Positions 24,126-35,254 of a stretch of DNA of 64,000 nt are shown here, piece by piece. The stretch spans positions 5,285,779-5,349,778 of the forward strand of contig MU058198.1 of the NCBI GenBank assembly GCA_013265495.1. The letters are read 5' to 3'. A model generated the notes under the pieces. It made no database searches. It was not told where the DNA came from and worked only from the letters and a program-made list of their open reading frames with translations. Within the stretch, counting starts at the first letter, position 1; each line of letters starts with the position of its first letter. Source of the stretch: Vicugna vicugna (lineage: Eukaryota). The position numbers were made by a program, and so were the translations under genes.

Positions 24126-25589
24126 TTGTTATTACTATTATATTCTCCTTCTAGTTTATCTTTACAGAATTCTGTCACCACCAGAGGTATTTGTCAATTG
24201 GTCCATCTCAGAGTCACAAAGGAAAGCCACTGGCATTAGCAGGCTCACACAGACCCTTGATTCATGCACTTGTCCACAGCCTGTACTTTAAGGTAGAAGC
24301 AGTAAATTAATTTGGCTAGATTTTGTCCATAGAGCTGAGCAAAGCACAAATATATTTTTCACAGCCTCATGCTTAACAATAAAACATTGTCCCACATAAG
24401 AAAAATAAGGGAAGAAATCATGGCATATTAATAATATGAACATTATATACTTATATTTTGAAAAAAGTGTTTGATACTATGAGGCATATTGTTTATAAAA
24501 AATTATAGTGGGTTGTAGAATGAGCCCCATACAGAAACACAGAAACACACAAACACATTGATAATAGATAGAAGAGGAATTGTATCAGGATATTAACATT
24601 AGTTACTTATCTATAGGAGCTTCATAGACTGAAGATTCCTTAAAAGCTTGGAGACTAAATCCAAATCCTCAAGAAGTATGAAAGCACAGCCTGAAGTATT
24701 CTATCACATGGAGAAATTTCTTTTTAAAAAAATTTAAAATTATATTTTCTTTCAAGTATCACTGCATAAGAGAGTGATATCTCTGCATGTCAGATTCAAT
24801 ATACAGGCAACATTTCTTTGCTGTGTGGTTGTTGCAAAAATTTCAGAACCCCAGTCCCATAAATGTATCAATATGAATTTTTAAAAAGTGTTTTCACATA
24901 TTTCCAGGAAAACTGACTATTCAAGAAACTTTACCATTTTTACCTCATAGCTTCCCACCTCCTTCATACTGACTCATGCTCCTGATCATCACAAATAGTA
25001 TCACTGTGGAGCAAAATCCAACTTTACTGAAAATCCTGGGACGCAATATGTCCCAGGCTATGTACCTCTCTACCTTCTGGCATCCTGGACCCTCAACTCA
25101 AAGATCATTTCCTCCACCAACACTTCGTCATCAGTGTAAGTAGGATGTGTTTCCTTCTCCTAGACCTTCAGTGCTGAAATAGATATATGAGTCATCGTTG
25201 GCGGTGGGGTATGGAGAGGGGAGGGCCTTGCTTGGTTCTGAAGGCAGTTTCTAAACAAATGGAGGAAGAACGGTTCCCTGCGTTTTAACTATTATTATCA
25301 GTTAAGCTTCAAAAGTCCAGCGCTGTGTACAGACAGTGGGTGTCTGTTGCAACCTTGGGAAAAGACTGACCTGTTAAGTGCAACTCAGCCCTTCTCCCTC
25401 AACCATATGCTATAACATTGTGATTAAGAACACAGATGTTGGTGTCAGACATACTTCAGTATGAATATTGGCTTTGACACTCTGTGCATAATACAAGGAT
25501 AATAACACCGGATTTACTGGGTGCTTGGGGGGATATTCTGAACCTCAAAATCAAATAAAGATGAAAGCTTTTCTGTGAGAAATGATTCC

Positions 25590-25790
25590 ATTTGCCTAAA
25601 AATACATTTTTAAGAATCATGCTCATGATATACATGAACAGAATCTTTAAAAGATAGCAGAGGACACAAAATGTTACATAAACAAATGGGAAAGAATATC
25701 CTTTTCTTGGGTTATAATATAAGTGATTAAATATCTCTAATCTATACATTTAGTATGATTTCATTAAAATGTACTAACAAGTTTGTTTTT
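25590..25790 (+). mobile_element. Old L1M ORF2 fragment
   Basis: aacaaatgggaaagaatatccttttcttgg...ctctaatctatacatttagtatgatttcattaaaat. Confidence 0.6.
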
Positions 25791-26344
25791 AAATCACTGC
25801 TACGTTGTGATTCCCTGGACTAAGGAATTGTGCCTGATATGTTTACCCTCCACACGCCAACAGTGACTGGGCAAAGAGCAATGTCTATTGAATAACTAAC
25901 TGAGTAAAGAGAAAGGGAGATAACCTTCAAGGGAGAGAAATGTGGACAACATGGAGTTAAAGTTCCACTTCATCAGCTGGTGCCCATGTGAGAGTTGAAG
26001 AGAGTCTTGTGTCAAAGTCTATGGTTTCCTTTGGTGTCCTAGTTCTGACTGAATGCACCATTTCACTCCAACTTTTAGTTAAAACTCAGATCAGGTCTGA
26101 CTCAGGCCTGAACCTACAGGGCAGATGAGTGCCCCTCAGAAGATAAGACTGAACGTTCTGGAGAGAATTCAGGGCCTGACATGGAACACTGGGGGATATC
26201 AGAGTGGCTTAAAGCTATTCCTCCTTCTGCACACGTTGTGTCACCTCCTAGAAGACAGGGTGAGAGGAGCAACGCTGCTCTCTTTTCAGCACCAGGGACA
26301 GCAGCCTTCCTGTCCATCTTGGCCTATGGAGTAAACTAGGTCAG

Positions 26345-26650
26345 GAGAGGACCACCCTTTGAAAGAAAATGGGAGCCTTGCCAAAAGCACTGGGGAAGCA
26401 GGGAACTGCTAAGTCACCATGTGAGCGTGGGAGGTGCTTTTGACGAAGAAAACAATATTTGCATCTATATTTGGGGCAGTGATTGTGAGATAAAGGCATG
26501 AAGTTACCAAAATAATCTGTGATTGATTCTGGGGAAAAGAAGCAGCAGGTGTGGGCGGGAGGGGGAACTGCTCCTTTGAAGCAGATATATGCAATAAAAA
26601 AGAAATTGAGGCCTTTTTCCCCCAAAATAGGCTGCTACCTGTCATGTTGC
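26345..26650. promoter_or_regulatory. Candidate developmental enhancer (motif cluster)
   Basis: Repeat-free; contains SOX AACAAT, octamer ATTTGCAT, GATA, TGATTGAT, CAGGTG, GGGCGG, two CCTTTGAA and TGACAG on the minus strand. Confidence 0.45.
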
Positions 26651-28439
26651 AGCTTTGTGAAAAACTCAGAAAAAAATCTAAATTCCAGAGGGAAATCAGG
26701 TGATGTTCACTTAGCTTTTTTTTCTCTCTTTTTTTTGTCAAATATATCAAATCTTGTTGCTGAAAAATCATAATTTTAGTAGGTTTGTAGATCACAGGCA
26801 TATCAGATGGCCCCAGCTTGGGCACTGATAAGTACCGCAACCTGATGAGTACCCCTCCAAATATCTCTCAAAAGCTGGCATATGTCCCCTCAACCATTTG
26901 CTCTTGTGTCTAAAGGGTCAAAAAAAAAAATCAAAGAACACTTCATTTTTTGTTGTTTATCTTGTGTAACTATTATGTACCAGACACAACACTAGGTGGC
27001 ATTTCATTTTACACTTTCAGCCACGCTATGAGGCAGATATCACTGTCATGTGCTATAAATAAATAAACTAAGGCTCAGGGACATTAACGAGATTTGTTCC
27101 AAGTTACCTTCTCTTACATGCACTTCTGTCTTCAGAATCAGTTCCTGGCCTCTAAAGGCAAAAACATGCCACAGTCTTTGCTCTTCAGTTGTATAGTAAT
27201 GAGTGGCAAAGAAGACCAAAACTAACTTACATATATAGGATCCTTTACTTAAGCCAGGTATGGTGATTTACACACATGCACACTTCCCACACACACACAC
27301 GTGCACATGCATACACATACGTACAAATATAATGCATATATACTCATCCCAATTCACTTCTTAAAGATGAGAACACAGAGCTTCCCAGAGAACACTGAGC
27401 CCACCTGTGCTCATATAGCCAGTAAGGAGCGATCTGGGTTCAAATCCAGAATCATCTGGTGCCATGGTTCTTTCCATGGTACAGCTTGCAGAGATGGTGA
27501 TTGAGTAAAATCAGACTCTGCTGTCGATCCAATGTCTCTTCTTCCATTGTTTCTCATTAACAGAATCCCAGCAATAGAGTAGCTGATTTCCTTTCTGCTG
27601 ACACTACCCCTTCGTTGGATTTCATTGCTTCTTACTTAGATTATTGCAAGTGTCTCTATGGAATATCCCAGACTCCAGTCATACCCTTTTAATCTAGTCA
27701 GTTTCCAAGTTTATTCAGGTGTGTCACAACCAGTGGGAATGTTTTAATGATGACTTGATAAAGTCCAAACTCCATAACAGCCCTATACAATCACGCTCCA
27801 AGCCTCTTTTGTGATCTCATTCTATTGTTCACATAAGCAACACACTCTGTCTCAGGTGGACTGATCAGTCTATGTCCTTCCAACTGCATCTAGAACTTTT
27901 TAATGTCTTGTCATTCACTTACGCCAAACATACCCAACATCATACTTTCCATCTAAGCAATCTTGTAGCCCTTCAAGGTCCAAACCTCAAGAGACCTTAA
28001 AGATGTTCTTTTTTTTTTCTAAACTCCTGCACAAATATAATGGATCCATGATTCTTAGATATAGATCAGATTTAGTCTGGTATTTCCATACATTGATTTG
28101 TGAGTCAATGATTATATGTGTAATATCTAGGTTTCACCAACTTTGCGAAAGACATGTTTAGGAACTGAGGATGTACATACAGCAAACAAGACGGACACAT
28201 TCATTACCCTCAGGGAACCTATGGAGAACCATATCTCTATGCATCTTTGTCTCTCCCCAACTCCTGCATGTAAATTAGCTAGAATGTAATACATTTAGGA
28301 ATTAAAACTCCTTGACTTTGACTAGACAATGAATTTTCAAGGGCAAATATATCTTATTATATGTCATTATATTATATAATTATAACATTACCATTTACAT
28401 ACTATTTATTCATAATTTTATCATTAATATGTTCAGATT

Positions 28440-28675
28440 TAAACCTACATGCCACACCCTCTGCTTGGTAAAGTGCCATGAACTTATCTGGTCAAACAAT
28501 CTTAATAGTAACTCTGAATATCAGAACTATTATTTGCCTCATTTTTACAGATGCAGCAAATGAGGCACAGAGAGTTTAAATGACTTGCAAGAAGCAAGAA
28601 GTTAGCAGTGGACACAAGCTTTGGACTGAGGCAGTGTGAACTCTACCGTGCAGACCCTGAACAACCTCCATGTCC
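28440..28675 (-). mobile_element. MIR SINE
   Basis: ctcatttttacagatgcagcaaatgaggcacagagagtttaaatgacttgc. Confidence 0.85.
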
Positions 28676-28714
28676 TTACTCCTATATCATGATAAGGACC
28701 TGACTTCTGCCAAG

Positions 28715-28935
28715 CACACACTGAGTAATTAAGAGTGTTAACTCTTGCATCATGCAGCTTAGGTTAAATCACTGGGTTTCTCCTCACTATCTCTGTGAAT
28801 TCACCGGCACTCACTTTCCCCATCTATAAAACTGGAATAATGATAATATCTATCATAGAACTGTTGGAAGGATCAAATACCCACATAAATATAAAGTAAA
28901 AATTTAGCATGACTTTAGGCAATAATAATAGTTAC
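28715..28935 (+). mobile_element. MIR SINE
   Basis: ctcactttccccatctataaaactggaataatgataatatctatcatag. Confidence 0.75.
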
Positions 28936-30764
28936 CACTGTGGAAGTTCAGGAAGCACCCGTGAATGAATAAACACCCAGCCCAGCATCCCATGCACAGT
29001 TTGAACTTAGCAGCAATAAATAAATCCCCAGCCCAGTGCCTAGAACACAGCAGGGTGCCCAGTAATTGTTTATTGATTGAACAACTGACTGTCAAAAGCT
29101 AGGGAAGGGGGAGGGCACTGTGTAGAGACCCAGCATGAGTTTGCATCATGCTCTGAACATTGATCTGACTCCACAGGGTGATGGGTCCCCAGCCAGAAAG
29201 AATCCAATTTCAATATTGTAAATGCCACACACGTCCTCTCATCCACCTCCCCTCTGTCCTACAGATCTAGACCTAGGAGTACAGTCACCTGTGCAACACA
29301 GCTAGCTCTGTGTCTAGACACTGATGACACTCCCCATCTACTTTATCTGGTGGTTCTCAAAGCTGCAATTGCACCTCCCAAACAAGGAAGATTATAAGAT
29401 TCCTGAAGGGATTTCAGTCCCAGGATGGCATGCAGGATTTCTGTCTGCATCTGGAGCTAGTGAGGGGAGAGGTCACTGGGGCTATTCCTCTGCCTCCAAG
29501 TATGTCTTGCACCTCTCCTTCCCCAGGGAGGAGTATCTCAGCCCTTCTTCTGACCTTGGAGACACTGAGCTGGATATGCTTTGTCCTATGACTCATTAAA
29601 GGAGAATCTGGGGCATTCTTGCTGGGAATGGCTCTGAAGCAGAAAGAGTTGAGATTCCTTTCTAGACCTAAGTCCTTGTGGGGTGGGGAAGAAGAGGGAG
29701 GGCGATGCTTTCCCATAATCATTTTCCAACCCATCCCTTCACGTCCGAAGTCCTCAGACTGCTTACAAACATGAGTCCTTAAGGTAAGGGAGGCTGGCTC
29801 AGGACCTCACAGAACCCCTGTGGTAATGAGGAGCTGGTGCATGGCTTGGTCCTAGGACCTCCAAATGTTCAAATCCCCAGCAGCTGCCTCTCCAGACCAA
29901 AAGATGGACTCGGGGAAGCTATACCCCACTCAAAAGCATTCATTTCATCTTTCTAAACACAATGGCTCTCAGCCCTGGATGTGTACCAGTATCACCCCAC
30001 ACCCTCTGAAACAGAAGTTCTAGGGGCAGGACAGATACTCCTGCTGTTCTCACTCCAACTAATTTTGAAGGTCAGCTGAAATTGAGAATGTTTTTTTTCA
30101 GGCTTTTACTCCAAAAGACACCTACAGACTTTCAGTGAATTGGATATTACAAGTAGCTCTAAGAGTCCTGCAGCCCAGCCTAGGAAAAACCAAAACCTAC
30201 AAGCTTTAAACATGGTAAGACAGCCACACGGGCCCCTTATCTGAGGCCCGCAGTTTATCTCAGCCCACAATACCAACCACCCCCAAGACGAGGATGAAAA
30301 AAGTTTCTTTCTCCTTGAGGACTGGAATTGAACTGTTTGAGTCGCCTTTTAGAGAGGGAACAGCTCCCATCAATCAGAAGGAAGCACCAGGTCTATGATG
30401 TCTGTACCGACCACAAAAGCAATGGGAACTCCAGAGTCAAAAGAGAGAATAAGAAAAGATCCTAAGAAAACCCTCAGCTGAGGGATGCAGAGTGTGAACC
30501 TTGTCCCTGGGTCACGCCCTTTGTCCAGCGCTGTGTCCTAGCACAAGGGCTGGCCACTAGTAAGCATTCTTAAAATACTTCTTGAACGCATGGATGAATG
30601 AAAGTTCTGCAAGTGAATTTATCCATGCCCTGTCTCATTGTATAAAATCCCCATTCTGGTTTTATGGTTCACAGGAAAAGTCAAGTTACTCTCAGATACC
30701 ACCTAAGCAAAAGCATCCCACTTTCTGGATGATGAAATTTTTGGTCTCATGTAAGAGGGAAATG

Positions 30765-30990
30765 GATGCAGTGGAAAGAGCATGCATGGGTTGTGGGGAC
30801 AGACCACTTCACGTGTGTCCCACCACTTACTGGCTGAGTGACTGTTGAGTCTCCTTACCTCGCTGTGCCCCAGTTTCGTCATCCTCAGACCGTGGATACT
30901 AGCATGTAGCCCACAGGGTTATTGCAGGGGTTTCGGCTGAGTTTTCTGCAGTGACTGGCACATGGTAGATACTCTGCAGATGTAGCCGCT
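30765..30990 (+). mobile_element. MIR SINE
   Basis: ccaccacttactggctgagtgac...tgtgccccagtttcgtcatc...cagggttattgcagg...gtgactggcacatggtag. Confidence 0.8.
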
Positions 30991-32334
30991 CTTCAGAGAG
31001 TGTGACTCTAGCTGGCTTTTAACCTTTTGGGTACAAGGGAGGGTCCTAGCCGGTAGGGTTGGGCATTGATGAAGCTTGATTGCCCCAAGGCCTTGGGAGG
31101 GCTTTGGTGTCCGGAGCAGGTCTTCTTGAGAGTGGATGAAAGAAAATGAGAGTTAGAAAGACAGAGTGGGTTTAAATCCCAACTATGCTGCAAACCAGCA
31201 GTGTGACTTGAGTCGTCTTTCTTGGCTTCTGTTTCCCTATCTGCAGAAATCAGGGGTCAAATTAAATGCCTTCTCATAGCCCATCTCAGAGTTTATAATT
31301 CTATTTCTGTGTAAGTGGCTTAGCTGGCAGGCCGTTCAGGTAGAATAGCAATGGATGAGGGCTTCTGGGGGCTAGAAGACCACATCCAGGTATTTTAAGA
31401 AAAGGGAAATTGCAGTAGAAGTTATAGTATGAGAATAAGATGAATTAGGGTGATAGGATGGTGAGTGGTTTTGAAATTGTTCTGAAGTCTGTTTTATAAT
31501 TGCATTATAAACTTTGTATCTTACTTTAAAAGTAAAGGTGGGAGCCAAGCCCCACAATGTCTAGAGAACCAAGGAGGGATCTGAGCAAGGGCAAATTCAC
31601 GGGAAGGTGGAGAAGGGTTTGGAAGGGCTATGATCCAGAGTAGAGTTCAGTGGGGTGACGGACAGAGCATCACTGATTTAGCAGGCAAATAGGTGTCAGG
31701 TACTTTTCTTAACTGGATGAATGGCAGTGTTGATGGCAAGCCTTGCAGTCACTGGTCTGTATGAGGCTTCCAGTAAAACTGCTGTGTGACCTTGCATAAG
31801 CCACTCTCCCTCTCTGAGGCTCAGAAAGCTTATAAGCAAAATGAGGGGGCTGTGTAGACTAAATCCGATTCATTTTTTCCTTCTTCATAACAGAAGACGT
31901 AGGCACGTGTGACACAGCACAAAGGATGAAACTGCGTGGTTTTCCCCCCAAGGAAATGGACTTATTATTAGGACAGCCCTGTCTGCTGACTATGAGCCGC
32001 TATAGAACAAGAGTGGAGGTGAATGATGAGCAAGACCTGCCTTTTTAGCTACACTCCATTGTTTTCAATTTTCACTAAAGTGATCAAAATAAAAATAAAT
32101 AAGGGGAGACGGACTTATCATGTAATCATAGCTTTAAATCTGTTACAATTTATAGAAAGAGTAAATACATCAAAATCCATGGCCCTTGAAACATCTTTCC
32201 CAAAGTGATAACTACACACGAGGGTAGGGAAGCTCTGGGGAAGAGGATCTCCTGGAGTCTAGCACCTAGGGACATTGTAGGATGTCCTAAAGGATCAACA
32301 ATTCCCTCCGGGTGTCTCAAAGCTACTACAAAGG

Positions 32335-32560
32335 GCATCAGGGTATAATAGTCAAGAAGGTAAACCCTGAGGTCAGAACATCTGGTAGTTGTGTGACCGT
32401 AAGCAAGCTATGTAATCGCTTTTCTGTGCCTCAGTTTTCTCATCTGTAAAGTGGGGACGGTAATAACTAAGGATGCTGTGAGAATGAAATGAAATTAATG
32501 AATGTATAGAGCATGAAGAGCACCGTATATGACTAGTACCCAATCAGGGTTGTCTCATGT
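32335..32560 (+). mobile_element. MIR SINE
   Basis: tgtgcctcagttttctcatctgtaaagtgggg...gctgtgagaatgaaatgaaattaat. Confidence 0.85.
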
Positions 32561-32584
32561 TACGTAGACCCGACAAATTCCCCT

Positions 32585-32880
32585 TTCTTCATTCAACAAG
32601 GATTTACCTAGTGTTTTCTATGAGTCAGCCAGTTGTATGCACGGAGCATATATAGAAAGGAACAAGACACAGCTGATGTCCCCCTGAGGCTGTAGTGGAG
32701 AAAGAGACGAAGACGAAGAAGAAGAAGAAGAAGAAGAAGAAGAAGAAGAAGAAGAAGAAGAAGAAGAAGAAGAAGAAGAAGAAGAAGAAGAAGAAGACCA
32801 ATGAATAAATCACATAAGTTCATATAGCATGTTTAATGCGATGAGAATACAAGTGGTAAGCTAAAATTAAATAGGGTGGG
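32585..32880 (-). mobile_element. LINE-2 3' end hosting a (GAA)n repeat
   Basis: ttcattcaacaaggattta...aacaagacacag...tgtagtggagaaagagac. Confidence 0.6.
32715..32795. repeat. Pure (GAA)27 trinucleotide repeat
   Basis: 27 uninterrupted GAA units preceded by GAC GAA GAC. Confidence 0.98.
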
Positions 32881-33819
32881 AGGGAAGTGTTACAGTGAAT
32901 GACTAAGAAGGGGAAACTTTCCATCTCCCCCAGTTCTGTCCCCAAATCAATCAGTCCCTCTCCTCTCCACTTTTTTTCCCTGAACCCCTCTCTTGTCATA
33001 TATTTTGTGGCACTGTGTTGGACAAGCTGTATGCAGTGACTCAGACACTAATCTTGAACGATGTGGCTTCACTAGGATCGGAAGTCACAGTTTTAGACTT
33101 CTTTTTTTGCTCCCTAATGTAGCCTGTATTTCCAGGACAGTGTTTTTTTATAAAGTAGATACGTATTTGGTAAATAGTGACCGAATGCATCCCTCAAAAA
33201 TCAGAGGCATGCATGACTTGCGCTGCTCCACACGGATGGGAGAAATGCTGGTTCAGCCTCACTCAGTACGCTCCCTCTAGAGTCCAGGTAAGAATTCACA
33301 GCCCCAGACTGTCTCAGCCACTTTCCTGTTTCACATAAATTACTCACAGTGGGAAAGATGATTGATAGTCTGAGAAGCGAGGATGCAGTGTTCCCTTTGC
33401 TGTTGACGATGTGAACTTGAGGAAGCCACTCTCGATTTCTGTTTTCTCATCAATAAAATGGGAAGCCAGTTCTTATCTCAAGTCAGATACTAGATGTGAA
33501 AGAATGCATTGCCAGTTCCTATCAAATGCAGATATTGTCATTACTATGAGAAGCAATTAGTGGCCACAAAGTAAAACTCTGGATCCCTAAGCAAATGTTT
33601 GGTAAGAATCATCCCTGTAGCCTCCTTGAGGCCCCGACGCCCTCAGATCTCCTTAGTACCCTCCCAGGTACTCCTCTGTTTTTTTGTCCTTAACTAAACA
33701 TTGTAGGGACTTCTTGGGTATGAAAAGAACATTCTGCCTAGAGCTATGATAATACAACTGAAGTTTGCTGAAAATGAAAGAGCTGGAATTTGAGGCATTT
33801 AGAAGCTCAGAATAAACAG

Positions 33820-34060
33820 ACTTAATTGGAGGAATGAAATACCCATTAGTCTAAATGAATATTTCTATAAAGCTGCATGTTAGACATTGATAAAAAGAGA
33901 TGATTAAATGCAGAATTAACCAAGATTAATTATTTTAATCAAGAGATTAATCACGATTATATCTTTACATTAGTTTGCTCTGCTGATGTTTGCTCAGCAA
34001 TCTGGGGGAAAATCTGTTCATTTATCACCTTCGCATTTGAAAATCGGCCCATATTTTATA
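33820..34060. promoter_or_regulatory. Candidate homeodomain-bound enhancer
   Basis: Six TAATC/GATTA cores in 33902-33959 plus other TAAT cores, in repeat-free sequence. Confidence 0.4.
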
Positions 34061-34712
34061 CAGTCTCCCATCCACCATCATTAACCTCTTGGTAAACAGA
34101 AGCTCCTAAACAGAGAAACATTAGAGAAGAACACACATGGGGCTGAGGACACAGAGCTTCATGCCGGGGATCCTGATTCAAAGCTGAAGATTTTTTTTTT
34201 TAAAGTATTGGAAAACTAACTACAGCTCTTCCTCATTTGGGATCAGTTGCCTAATTTGATGGTTTTTCCAGCTGAATTCTCCAAAATGCTTGAGGACAGG
34301 TTTACAGAGTTCATAGCGCATTACCTGTGAAGGTTAGAGATGGTTTTTTTAATGTAGGTAACCACCTAAGAAAGCACTGTAGCCGGTAGGCACAGAGCAG
34401 GAAAAGACTCTGGCTCTTGGAAATTAAAGCAGCCCAGGGCCAAAGGAGACACTAAGAATGTGAAAACAGTCAGAAGATGCAGGTCTGCCCCCCCTGATCC
34501 TTTCACACGTGTTTCTTCATTTCCAGCTCTTGACAGCTGAATTTGCTGCTTATAATCCCAAACTAGTTCTCTCTGGGGCTCTGTCATCTCTGTGAAAGGT
34601 CCCAGCATTCACCCAGTGTTCATGCCAGGAAACTAGAATAATTCTTAACGTGTCTGTCTATATTACTTCCCCAGTCAATCAGAATAGATATAGATATTTA
34701 TTTTTCTCTAGC

Positions 34713-34869
34713 TCATATATGTATTCATATATGTATTCATATATGTGAATGATTATGTATATATTTTATACATTCATTTATATCCACTATAGATACATAA
34801 TGCCTATTGTACATAGATACATATGCATATTACTATACATACATATATATTATATATACATATGAATTT

Positions 34870-34900
<31 letters not shown>
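34713..34900. repeat. (TA)/(TACA)-rich low-complexity tract with 12-bp units
   Basis: catatatgtatt twice plus a partial unit; long ta runs. Confidence 0.9.
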
Positions 34901-34901
<1 letters not shown>

Positions 34902-35254
34902 AAATTGTTCACTCTTGGGTAACAATTCGTCCTCTTCAGTTACAGTTTGCACTTCTCATTTGGGCCACACTCGCTGGATTAGAAACTCTGGTACTAATCT
35001 CTTCTAAATTAGTTAAAATTGAAAAAATTGGACAACTCCTGTATTCTTTCTTCCAACAGATATTTATCGAATGCCCATTGTACGTCAGACCCTGTGCTTT
35101 AACGGGGCAGTGTTTTCGAAAGTTATCTTCCGTGACTAAGTTAACTTTCCCCAAATCTCATGATATTAAGAACTATTATTATTTATATCTTGCCAAGGAT
35201 AAAACTGAGTTGTGGGGAGTTTAAGTCCTTGGACCAAAGTTTACAGAAAAATCT

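Noticed and set aside
32608..32823. Poly-Leu and poly-Phe ORFs
   Set aside because: Translations of the (GAA)27 microsatellite
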